Source: Camelus ferus
Taxonomy: Eukaryota
NCBI RefSeq assembly: GCF_009834535.1
Contig: NC_045697.1
Span: 103,852,001 to 103,916,000 of the forward strand
Direction: 5' to 3'
Length of the DNA stretch: 64,000 nucleotides
Position 1 is the stretch's first letter, and each line of letters starts with the position of its first letter. This document shows positions 38,002 to 50,036 of this stretch, piece after piece. Position numbers and translations under genes: made by a program. The notes beneath the pieces were generated by a model. The model was not told the DNA's origin. It did not search any database and saw only the letters and a list, made by a program, of their open reading frames with translations.

Positions 38002-40865
38002 TTCATGATACATTTCTTGATCAAATTATTTAGCTAGACAAAGCCCTATAAGGTTTTCTTTTCTTATATTTCATCTAAGTTTGCTGTGTGTTTGCAGCTA
38101 ATGGGGTGGTTAAAGATTGAAATTACTGCACCATCTTGAGCATAAATCCAATCATCATTGTGTGTTCATTTTTCAATTAAAAACAACAACAACTAGTTTA
38201 CAAAAGTTCTGCAAGTGTCTATCATCCAGGGGACCAAGATGGAAAATATAAGGGATCCTGCCTCTGAAAGTAGAGATGCTTTCTCAGTCAAGTGTCTTTT
38301 TTCCCTTAAACTAGCCAACTGTGCATTTTTTCCCTAATAAAGTGTTGGAAAGGGTGAAAATACAGGGTCTGATGATACACGCCTTCTTGTCCCTGTCTTT
38401 TAGCGACCTAGGGAACATCTTGGTCCCACTCTAGGCAAAGAGAGGTGACATGGATTGCAGCTGAAATGATTGAGGCCATAGAGGGTCATTCTGTGTGATC
38501 CACAGTTGAGTGTCCGGTAGTTCAAGACTGGCTTCTCTGTACAAAACTGTGAGCTTTGCCACATTTCAGAGATGTACTATAAACCTTAGATGGCAAAATA
38601 CATCCTTCTCAAGTCAATTAAGTACCATTTCCAATCTGTAAATATTCACTACAGCTAGTGATAGTGAGTGAGTTCAGCTGATGATTCAGCTGATGGATCA
38701 CTTAGTTACAGCACTTTAAATAAGAGATGCAATGAATCTTGCAAGAACAAGTATGCAACCTGGGAAAGTTCTATCCATAACAGCATCTAAGTCCATACAC
38801 ACATGTAATTCTGATAATAAAAATACAGTTCATCATAGACAATTCAGAAAATTAAAATCTCTCACAATGCAACCCTTAAATGAAACACTTATTTTTTCAC
38901 TATTTTCTGTGCATCTCTATACTTCTTTTGAACAACAACCAAAAATCATTATTTAATATTGTTTGCTTTTTCTTAAAGAGTGTATTTTCCCATATCATTA
39001 AATGTTCTCTGAAAACATGATTGCAATGGCTGAATATTAATTAAGAATATAGCTATATTAGTTTACTAAACTATTTCTCCATTATTGGACATTTAGATGT
39101 TCCCAGTTTTCACTCTGTGGCTTTTTTTTTTCTCCCTAAGCAAAGCCAAATGGGTTGTGGTTCTTTTTTTCAGCTGTTTAGCACTAATTCCCTATGGGGA
39201 AGGGTCCTCACTCGATCCTTTTCAGACACCCGGGAGAAGAAGAGGTGGTACCTTCTATTAGGCTTCGGAGGAAAGGACTCACACCAGTGAATGGAAGTCC
39301 CAGGTACTAACCCCACCTGAGCTGAGAAAGGACCTTTCAGGGTGAAGAGCTGTGCAGAGGCAGAACCAGCTTGTGGGAGGGGTGACCCACGGGAACAGGG
39401 GTGGGAGCAGGGGAACCCATCAGGGAGGGGAGGCACCCTTCCAGCTCCCTGGCCAGAGCACTGCTCTACCACAGGCTCCTGAGAATCAGCGCCTACTGGA
39501 CACCAGGCTCCGAGACTAGGCACCAGGGATGGCACAGCTCACCTTTGTCTTGGTGCTCAGCCTGCAGCTCTGTGCAGCCTCATTTTCATGGAGAAAACAT
39601 GTCTGCGGCCGTGAGTCCCTTTCCATTCCACATGTCCAGGACACATCTCCCTGCTGCATCATGCAGACCTGAGCCAAATCTCTGCTACTTCCTTCTCTAC
39701 ATCTCTAGTCTGGGAAAGTGGTTTTCCTGCCCATCCTCACATCTTTTTTTTTTTTTAATTGAAGTCTAGTACCACTCTTCTTAGATTCACACCAACAGAG
39801 AATAACGGAGCCACATCTCTGCCTCTCAGTCACAGCCAGTGCCTGAACTGTAAGAGAGTCTGGAAAATGTAGTTTTTGAGTTTCGCAGACTATGCAGTAG
39901 AGGAAGTCACACCAAAAGGAAGATGAGTGCCAAGCTACTACAGATACACATATCTGTATATATCTGATATGGATATATTAAATGAGTAGCATGAATATAT
40001 GGTAAATTGTAATTTAAAGAGAAACTAGCCTATTCTTCTATGTCCAGTGAAGTCAGCAGTCTGTAGACAAAAGTAGAAAAAACAGGAAAGTAAGTTCGAA
40101 ATTGGAACTGCAAGGGAAAAATGAATCAAGGTGTCTAGCAGGGTTTCTATAGAACTGATTGATCACGTGGTCCAGACCAGACAATGGGGTCCAGGAGAAA
40201 CCAATGGAATATGAATATAGGACTATGTCAAGTAAGCACAATGTTGACAATGCCTTCTTTGGCCTTGCCCTTGACAAGCAAAGAAGGAGTTCATTGAGCA
40301 CATAGCATCACAAAGGGCATAGCATTTGTGTTTTGAAGAGGAGCGATCTTAATGCTTTCAAATACAGCATGCTTATCACAATGCTAGAGCAATTTAATGT
40401 CTTGAGTGCATTTCAGAAAAAACTAGCCAAGGCATAAGTTCTAACATATTCCAGAGCACATGTTAGCTGAGCTAGGTCCTGATGACCTGTATATGCATAT
40501 AGAAGAGAGAAAAGAGAGATGAAAGCACATATTTGTATTCAAATATTATAATTCTATGGTTGATTCTCTCACTTCAGTATATATGAGATTTATACACAAA
40601 TCATAGGCAATATGTAAAATTTCAAGAAAGGATAAATGTTTAAACATGAGTTTGTTATTATTGTTGTCATAATGTTCTTCTGCTGCATTAAAAAAAATGA
40701 GAGTGGACACCTACATGGACTCTAACATGTTTTATGCACCCAGGTCATATTTGTACAGCTAAGAAGTATTCATAATCTTTGCAGGCAATCTATTAGCATT
40801 TCTCCTTAGGTTTTTCTGTTTCCTGCAAAAGACGTGCTGTTTTTGTTTCTAATTCATCTGGAGAT

Positions 40866-40902
40866 GGGGAAGGAAGGAAGAAAGGAAGGAAGGAAGGAAG
40901 GT
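40866..40902. repeat. (GGAA)n microsatellite
   Basis: Seen directly. Confidence 0.9.
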
Positions 40903-42475
40903 TCAAATTCTTTAGATTTGAAAGATTTGACGTGGACTGTAGGTCTCCATTTCCTGATAGGTTCCCAGCAGATGCCTCAGCCATGACTTCACAGAATTCC
41001 AGTTGTATGTCTGCAAATCTCTCCTTTTGTAAGAATTCCCTTTATCTCTGAAAAGAGGCAGTGAAGTTTGCTTTCTGCCAGCCTGCTTTGATTTCCTCCT
41101 AGTGCCTCCAAACGTCAACAGAGCATTCTAGGGCAGTCCCATGTGTCTCTCAAACAAAATAAAGAAGAATATGCAGTGAAAGGCAGAATGTAGTCACTGT
41201 ATCTTCCTTCCCAACATATTTTTAAAGGTTTAGTGCATGATTAAAAGTTTGCTCCACGATTATGTGTAGAAAACTGCTCTAAAGACTTTGGACACTGAAA
41301 ACTATATACTGGAAAGAAAATAGATATAATTTAGGTAACAGAAAAACACACACACACATTTTAAAAAAATACTGGGACACATTTCCTTTGATCAGGAGTA
41401 CAAGAATAAGGATGACAATGAATCCTTAAAGGATGACTAATATTTTTTAAGTGATCACTAATGGAGACAGGGACCAAACTGCTGCTTCAGAGGGTCATTG
41501 TTTTGTGAAATCCTCGTGGAATGGAACTGTCCACCCAAAATCTATTAGAGAAGCATGTGTCTCTTAGGCACCTATAAATATTTGTCAATGAGGATGGTTA
41601 ATAGACAAGCCATCTGGTGCCCCTGATCTTCACAATTCGATAAGGTCTGTATTCTCATTGCTCAAGAGATTTCTGTTGCATAAACTCTGACACTCAGGGT
41701 CTATGCTGATGGAAGGAGGAAGGTCCAAGGTAACTCTGAGAGAATTAAAATATGCAGGTGGGGGAAACCAGGAAACTCGTCTCCTCTGACAAATGCCCAG
41801 TCCTCAGTTAACTTCTCATTAGCAGTCTGCTCACATCTCATTCCCATTAAGAGTATTCCGTTTTCTTTGTCTAAAGTGTTGAGTGGTTATGAATAGCAAG
41901 GATAGACTATCTGTAATTATTTTTTAATTATTAATGGTTTTGTTAGATCCTTTCACTTTTACATTACATTTCTGTTAACGTAAGTTAAATCAAAATGTAC
42001 TTCAGTTTCCAAGCTGTTCCCCAATGTATTTTTCATTCTTTCATAACATTACTTCAGATTTCTGTAAGGTGTCTATGAAAAAGCTCGTCTTTCTAGGATC
42101 ACCCTCACCATGCTAATAGATTCAGGGACCCCTCATTCTGCACATCCACCGGCCATAGCTTTAGTAACCACCAAATTTCTTAAGTTCCCAGTAGTACCAA
42201 TGTCAGAATCACAATATGTACAAAAGTCACTTGATTTTAGCCAGCATCCTTAAGCTGAATGCAGGATCATCTGTTTTATTTAGTGCCTCCTCTTGAATAT
42301 CTTTTGACACTTCATAGATATAAAGATTCTCAATCAATTAGAAAACAAAGGAGAGGAGAAAATGGGTGAGTCTGAAAGGAACAGATATCAGAGGAAGAAA
42401 CTAGTGTTCTGGGTTTGTGGTCCAGCTAAATACCTTGTAGAGTAGTCAGAACAAATATTCTAGTAGTGTGCCTTG

Positions 42476-42606
42476 GGAAGATAATGAAGATAGGGAGATA
42501 AAGAGGGGGGAGGGGGAGAAGGAGGGGGAGATGAGAGAGAGAGAATGAGAGAGAATGAGAGAGAGAGAGAGAGAGAGAGAATTTCCCTGGAGAGAAGGGG
42601 GAAAAG
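42476..42606. repeat. Polypurine/(GA)n tract
   Basis: About 100 nt almost purely A/G, including (GA)n and gagagagaat units. Confidence 0.85.
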
Positions 42607-43289
42607 TCCACCTTTTAATCAATTTTTCCATCACCAGCCAAATGGCACTTTTTGATGGTACACTGTTCCTTCAGAGAAATTGTCCTGGCTTGTATTTACT
42701 AAGGGTCCCAGTTTCAGATCTAGTATTTAGAAACTCACACAAATTCAAGTACAGCCCCAGTGAGCAAAAAGAAGAGAGAACAGGTGAGATTTTTTTATTT
42801 TTTAACTACACACAACACTCAGCCCCAGGGATTCTTGTACGATTACAGTTGGTGACTTCTGAAAAGAAAAGAAGAGTTCAGCTCTGAGGAGTGGGAGGAA
42901 GGGGGAACCTAGGGCACAGCAAAATTCCGGCTGAGGTCAGGTGCAGCGACTCCCAAGGAATCCATGAAGGAAGCCAGATCTTAGCCAAAAGTATGGAGTT
43001 AACATACACTGCGCCGAACACAACGCTACTAAAAATGACTGGATAAATTATGCAGAGGGATTTCTGGATTTCTTTCAAGTAATTAAGTTTCGATTTCTTG
43101 CATTTATTTTAGTTCCAGGAAGCGCAAGGCGCCATGGATTGCAGAAGTCTTCATTGATTGTTCCAATGCTTTAAGTTTGATTTCGTGACTGGACTTAACT
43201 TTGGGAAGAGGTAAACACACGGACCAAGGAAACTCACTGCGACGAAAAATAACAGTGTCGTTGGGGAAAGTAAACACTGGGGTGCTTGC

Positions 43290-43780
43290 CTGCGGGCGGA
43301 ACTCGGAGGTCTCCCTCCTCTCCCCCTCCTCTGCCCGCCAAAGTGGCGCGCCAGAGGGGGAGGGGAGAAGCAGGTGCGAGCTTGTGTGAGTGTGCGTGTT
43401 AGCACGTGTGTATCTGCGTGCGTGGGCGTGCGAGTGTGTCTCTGGGTGTGTGCCCGTGCCTGAGATGTGTGAATTCACGTCCCCGCGCTCCGGGTAGTGC
43501 AGAGTTGGATACCGAGTACTCACTCCTTTCCTCCTGCAGAGGTTAATTTCTGTTAAATTCTGCGCCATTTGTGTGTCCTCCAAAGGTTGGTCGACTACGG
43601 TGGGTGCAATCAGCTGTCCCCGCGTGCGGGTTCCTCGCCACACTCGGCCTCAGCCAGCCAACTCGGAGGAATCCGAAAGGCGGTTAGGAGCCTCGCGGGC
43701 ATCCCGCGGGCCTGGGGCTGGCTGCGTCCCGCGTCCCCTTCTTCCCGATCTGCTTTATTTGAAATTCTGCTCTGCGCCCT
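43290..43780. promoter_or_regulatory. Upstream CpG island
   Basis: Dense CpG (ggcgcgcc, ccccgcgctccggg, ctcgcgggcatcccgcggg) in AT-rich surroundings. Confidence 0.7.
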
Positions 43781-46700
43781 CCCCTCCACCGGGGAAGGTT
43801 TCCTTTCTGCTGTGCCTCTTCTCAGCCTCTTGTCCCCTGCCCAGCCGCTGTTCTCAGTCCAGTCCAGAATTATCTAGAGAGAGCCCCACTTGGCTCGTTC
43901 AGCGACTACAGGGCCCTGGCCCTGGAGCAAGTCTTTCCCTGCCTTCAAAGTGCGCCCTCCGGAGCGCTAATAGCAACTTGTTTCTCATCCCCTTTGATGG
44001 GAGGGTAGGAGTTTGCAAGCCCGAATTTCAATATAGAAGGGCCTGGGAACTGCCTGATACAGAGGTTTCCGGAGACACTCGCTGACTGCTTGCCGTGGCA
44101 TTGAGAGTAAGAGAGAGTCACCCAGGAAGGCACCGAGTCGAGCTGTGTCATCAGGCAGAGGGATGCCTGGTATCTTTGGGCGAAAGAGGGGCTCCTTCAA
44201 ATTTCTAAGCGAGGGGGACTTGAGACTCACGGCGAGCCAATGGAGAGAGAAAGTAAGAGACAAAAGCAAGAGCAGTCGTGGACTTGCTCGGAAGAGGAAA
44301 GATGTTTGAGCAAAATGCACCCATACTCCTCAAACTTAGCCCCAGGACGTGAGAAACCCAGGAAAGCCTTCCTGACCAGCATTCCGCTCTGTGACCAGCT
44401 CTCTGGACATTCCCAGAGGTCTTAATTTCAGGGAAAATTCCCTCCTATTTTCTTCCTTGAAACAGCCAAGGCCAGGGAGGAGTTTAATCACCCCATATCC
44501 TTCTACCCCAAGCTACAGAGTGCAGAGAGAGCTCAGAGGGTCTGACTTTATTCAGAATCCAGAGTGGATTGACCTTGAGGAGATGGGATGAGGGAGAACC
44601 CATGCTTTCCCTCTTTCCTCCCTCAAGCCCTGTCTATCCGAGATCGACATGGTGTATGGATAGGGCCAGATCTGTCCTTTAAGAAATCTTCCTATAATCC
44701 AACTCAATTCTGTTTGAAATACAGAAAAATCATACTGCCCTTAATGGATTAAAATTTAATAAAACACATTAGGTCCAGTAAAATATGAATGCACTGCTTA
44801 AAATTTTAATAGTAAATTAGGTCCCAAATACAGGGGAGGAGACAGTGATTACTCCCCTCGGGATGGCTGCGGGCTGATTTCGGGGTGGGGGGCGCCTACT
44901 GCAGGGACCCCACTGTCGGGGAGCTTAGGTGGAACTTCAAGCGATTCTTCGTGGGCCTGAAGGGAAGCTGGTCACATCTATGCACATCTGGCAGCAGTTG
45001 GGACAGAAGCTATTGTCAAACAAAGAGGCCTGGAGAGAAGAAAGGCGCTCCTTGTGTAGTCACACAGTTGATTCATTTTCCACTTCTCTGCTTAAAAACA
45101 AACAAACAAAAAACCAAATCACTTCCCTGCTTTCAGTTTCTTAGGTAGGTCTGAAGGTGGGCAGAGGCGCCGGCGCGTACAGGTGCTTGGGCATAAAAGT
45201 GTGTATTGAGATCATGTGAAGCAGATTTCCAGTGTGGATCCATTCACTGCCATCCTTTGGGTTTATTCCCAACTTTCCAGTTGTTTAGATGGTTTCTGCT
45301 ATTCTGGGGGGCTGGAGACTTACTTCCTCATAGAGCAGCTTCCACACTTGCGGAGTTCTTCATTGCCTGTGGGCAAAACCGAAATGGGTTTTATTGATAT
45401 CATCGCAAAGATGTTGGTATTCTGAACACTTCTGTTAGTAGAGATTGTAAGACTGCAGGTCATGGTGATGAAGGAAGAAGAACTGCATTTTCTCTCTAAT
45501 ACAACACAATCACTGCTGTTGATTTTTCACTAGGAGTGAGAAAAGGGAAAATCTAACTGTAACCTTTTTTTTTTTTTGTCTGTGTTTTCTGAGAAGTGAA
45601 TACAGATAAACTCGAATTGCTCTACAACTGCAAATTAATTTATCTCACCTTGATAATTAGAATAAAGGGCTTCCCTTTTTTCCTCCCTAAAATTAGAGAT
45701 AACACTGATAGATATCTAGAAGATCTTTTAAAGTTATATTAATTTAATGATATACGGATTTTACTCATCAGGAAAATATTCTCTTGGGAGTTGTCTTGCT
45801 TAAAACAGTTTTAGTCACTGAATTCCATATCAAACAAAGTTTGTCCAGTCATTTTCACAATGCCCTCTTTATTTCATGAATTTATTATACTACCTTATTT
45901 ACCATATGAAGTGGTGATAAGTGTTTAGCATTTTGGAGATCAGTTGTCAGTTGCTATTAAAATCAAGATTAATTCATATTAACGATATGCATTTCTCAAT
46001 ACTCCCAGGTGACAACATACATTAAAACAACTATTGCAAGTAATTAAGCTCAATGAAGGGGGAGGGGACAGGGAGAGGTTCAAAACACCCCCCCAAATAC
46101 TTGATTTTGCAATCCAAGTTCAGCAGACGGATGCCACAATAATGCTTGAGAAACTCCTCAGGGTTGCTTTTCACTTTACATCTAATTAGGCACCTAATGA
46201 AAGAGAAGAATTTTTTTCCCCTTGTGGTTTTTTTCTCTCCTTGATATTCTTATGCCTTTATTTAAACACATAAACACACTCTTTAGGAGGTGCAATACCC
46301 ACAAGTTTCTCCCGTGGTTCACTTAGCACTATAATCTGGGGCAACTAGGTGGATGCAGACACTTGTCTTCCAGTTATTTTCCTCCTCCACTCTCACTTTT
46401 AGCTCTTTGGTCCTTACACAGTACTGAGAATATATATCCAAAATATTTTAACAGATTTTATTAGGCTTTAGAGATGCTCAACAGCTTATACTAATTAGAC
46501 CGTCCAAAGCCTTTTGAAGCTTAAGCAAATTGGACAACCCTGGTTAATTAGAACATAATTTGAAGTTTGAAATTGTATCACTGATGAAGTAGTCTAATTA
46601 GTATGACGATATGTTAACGGACCAGCGAGACCCAGCAACAGTGGGGTTTGGCGTGAAACTCTCCAAGGCTTGCGCGAAAATCCTCCCTCCTATGCCGGCA

Positions 46701-47330
46701 TTAATAAAAGATTTCTATAGACTTCAGCCTTTCCACGATGACATACAATTTATAGTACACACAATGCATTAGCTCATAGTGCTGCTCCATTTTTTCACTA
46801 TTATGAAAACTAATAAATTCGTCAAGCTGAATTAAGCATACAAATCAGATGAGGCATAGCAGATTACACAGTGAAGCGCGGTGTCTCCCGAGCCTAAATG
46901 AAATTTCAATCTAATAATTCCTTCCTGGCCCAGTCATAATTTGTTTAGAGATGTTGTTCTACTTCTTTCAAAGCGCTAGTCGCACTATAATTAAATGATA
47001 CTCAAGCCTTTAACTTTGATTTATTTCATTTCTCGAAGCTTGAGACAGTGAGAGCTGTACGATGTCAATTTTTTTTATTTCTTTGAAAATTACCCTGGCT
47101 GTTGCTGAGGTAGAAATTAAACACCTAAGCATTTACTTGAACCATCCAGCACAAGCCACGCTCATTCATGTCAACACCCCCTCTCCAGTCCCTTGTTCAG
47201 GATTCTCCGAGCTCCTGCTCCGGAACACTGCTGGTAGGAATCCCCCCTTGGCTACTATTTATTATTTTCCTCCACTTAGGGGAGGAGAAAGGCAAGCCCA
47301 GGAGTGAATACGCAAGAAAGCGCAAGGGGT

Positions 47331-47351
47331 TTAAGCACCACGGACAGAGCC
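47331..47351 (+). promoter_or_regulatory. RE1/NRSE (REST binding site)
   Basis: TTAAGCACCACGGACAGAGCC, 19/21 to consensus TTCAGCACCACGGACAGCGCC. Confidence 0.85.
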
Positions 47352-47800
47352 CGCCGTTTGCTGCAGCCTTCCTAGTACTCTGGCAACTCCCGAGGACCGT
47401 GCTCCCGACTTGAACCTGCCCTCCCGCCCCGCGGGGGTCATGGGCTAACAGGCGGCCCTCTACTTGCCGCCTCCGGGGGGCTTCCAGGCGCTGACCACTC
47501 TAGGGCCCCCCTTCGCCACGCTCCTTCCCACTCTGTTTTGTCCCCAGCGCGCGCCAGCGCCTCTCAGGCCTGCCTCCTGCTCTTGCACCTGCTCGCCTTC
47601 CCCAGGCACCGTGTGCCTGCACCTGCTCCCAGCCACCCCCATCCTGGTCGGGCCACCCGCGGGCTCCAGCGTACGGGTCTCAGGGCTTTCTCACCCTCGC
47701 CTGCACCCCGCTCCTTCCAAGCTCTGGGGAGGTGACAGCAGCCCCCAACACCGAGGGAAGTAGAGAGAAGACCGGAGCGGAGAGGAGAGGAAGGCTGGGA

Positions 47801-47834
47801 GTGTGTGTGTGTGTGTGTGTGCGCGCGCGCGCGT
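47801..47834. repeat. (GT)10(GC)6GT alternating purine-pyrimidine tract
   Basis: Seen directly; a second (GT)n lies at about 48017-48045. Confidence 0.9.
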
Positions 47835-49059
47835 CTGTGTGTGGGAGAGGTTGTCTACTTCTTTTACAACTGGAACTAAGACTGTGTGCCCACTTCTAAG
47901 AAAAGTGGTCCGCACTGGGACTAAAGTGCTAGCGAAGTGTTGGCTAAAAATAGGCTGTCTCTTCACCGAGTGGCTGGAAATGAAGATAAGTGGGGCTTGT
48001 GCCAGCCCCTGAGGGCGTGTGTGTGTGTGTGTCTGTGTGTGTGTGTTGGGGTGAGGGGGATGTTCTGCAGCACATGCGCTGTGTGATCTTTGGCCCTGCC
48101 TCTCCGTCAATTGCCCCTTCCTCCTTTGATTGTGGCTAATGAAGAATAATAAATCCAGTGGCAAGGTTTACCAGTGGATCCGCCCAAGACCCAACTCACA
48201 CTGAACTGGAGACAGGAGGGAGGAGGAAGATCCGGAGGAAGAGAAAAGAGGGTGGAGAGGAGTGTATGTCGGTGGTGGCGTTGGGGGAGTACAAGGGGGC
48301 CTGGGAAGAGGGGGGAGGAGTCGCATGCGCATAGGCGACCGAAGCCGGCTCCAAGGCTGTCCAATCCGCTGAGAGCTGTGAGAAAACGAGTGAGAGAAAG
48401 CCCTGCAGCCCTGTGGACCCTAGGTCTCTTCGGCTCCAGGCACCCGCCGGGCGAAGGGTCGCAGAGCCGAGCGCGTACCGCTACGCGTACCAGGCGGAAG
48501 CGCAGGGCAGCGGGGAGGATCCTGATCGGCGGCAGCGTCCGCTTCCTCCACTGTGGTCGCGAGCCAGGGATCAGGGTCACCTGAGCTGCAGGGAGGGGCA
48601 GGCTGAGTTGGGGGCGGAGGCCTGGAACTTAGCGGTAAGCAAGAGGCGGGGGAGGCAGCCAGGTAAGAGGCGTTCCTTGTAGTGGGAAAACCTCACCCGA
48701 GGCTTCCCTGGCCCGCAACTTTATTTAGGAGTTTCTTTTGCCGGCGAGGCAGAGTCGCGGCGGAAGAAGCAGGAGGGGCTGGAGGGCGGCTCTTAGGTAG
48801 GAACTGCCCCGCGACTGGAGTACAGACCTGGCCAGTAGGGTGGGGTTGAGTAGGGGCGCAACTGTAAGTGAGAGCTGCGGCCCGCCGGGTAGGGGCGGCG
48901 CCATCCGAGCGCGGTCGGGGGTAGGAAGCGGGGTGTGGAGGGCGCGGCGGGGGAGCGGGAGGCGGGTGTCAGGAGAGCAGAAAGGACCAAAGCCTGGAGG
49001 AGGCAACCTGGGAGCTGGGGGACGCTAGAATCCGAGGAGGAGAAACCGGCGCTTCCTGG

Positions 49060-49170
49060 CAGGGGAGGGCGGAGGCGCGCGAGAGGGAGGGAGGGCGGGG
49101 GGTGCGGGGGCAGGCGTGGGGAGAGGGGACTATAACTCCGAGGCCGCGAAGCGCGGGGGCTGTTTCGGGC
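49060..49170 (+). promoter_or_regulatory. Probable POU4F2 core promoter
   Basis: GC boxes (GGGCGG) followed by TATA-like TATAAC at 49131-49136, about 270 bp upstream of the ATG; TSS inferred near 49160. Confidence 0.55.
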
Positions 49171-49404
49171 GCCCAGGTCTGCAGCCAGCGGCAAGCGGAG
49201 CCCAGCATCCGCTCAGATTGACCGCGGAGCCAGCGCAGGAGCGCGTAGTCGCGGCAAGGCGCGAAGAGCTTGGAGCAGCGGCGAGTGAGCGCAACTTTGC
49301 ATCTCCCTTCCCCGCTCTCGCTCTCGCCCAGCACTTCTCGGGAGGGTCCCGGCCGCCGGGGCCAGTGAGTGCGCTACGGACAAACGCCCGGGCCGGAGGG
49401 GAAG

Positions 49405-49689
49405 ATGATGATGATGTCCCTGAACAGCAAGCAGGCGTTCAGCATGCCTCACGGCGGCAGCCTGCACGTGGAGCCCAAGTACTCGGCATTGCACAGCGCC
49501 TCGCCCGGGTCCTCTGCACCCGCGGCGCCCTCCGCTAGTTCTCCTAGCAGCTCGAGCAATGCTGGCGGCGGTGGTGGCAGTGGCGGGGGCGGTGGAGGCC
49601 GGAGCAGCAGCTCCAGTAGCAGCGGCAGCAGCGGCGGCAGTGGCGGGGGCTCCGAGGCGATGCGGCGAGCGTGTCTTCCAACCCCACCG
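49405..49689 (+). CDS. POU4F2: POU class 4 homeobox 2 (Brn3b), coding exon 1 (95 codons)
   Basis: MMMMSLNSKQAFSMPHGGSLHVEPKYSALH, Gly/Ser tracts, EAMRRACLPTPP; phase-0 donor CCG|GTGCGT at 49690. Confidence 0.97.
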
Positions 49690-49978
49690 GTGCGTATTTC
49701 TGCATAATCACCGCTTAAAGGCACATTTTGACAGCCCCCTTTATCTGCTTGATGTTTTTTTCATGTCTGCACAGCAAATCACCCCACACCTCCAACCAGT
49801 TTTCCTCTCTCTCTCTTATGTATTCAGCGGGTCTTTCCTTTCATATTAATTTTTATGACCTGGAATGTTGCCTGTGCGCGTGTTACGTTGTGTTGTGTTT
49901 GCAGGTTCACTTTCCTCCTCCTCGTGATCTCTTGGCTTCTCTCCGTGGCTCCTCTCCTCCTCACCTGCTAGTTTCAGG

Positions 49979-50036
<58 letters not shown>

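Noticed and set aside
40793..41050. Minus-strand 63-aa ORF behind an acceptor-like ttttcag
   Set aside because: In-frame TAA follows the acceptor, the ORF runs through a GGAA microsatellite, and I see no partner exon or homolog. A lncRNA exon cannot be excluded.
43104..44085. 179-aa and 170-aa ORFs
   Set aside because: They cross GT-rich repeats and a CpG island; no protein-like features.
47460..49538. Many 60-157 aa ORFs in the promoter island
   Set aside because: Expected in GC-rich DNA; Arg/Gly/Pro-biased, mostly non-ATG starts, no recognisable domain.
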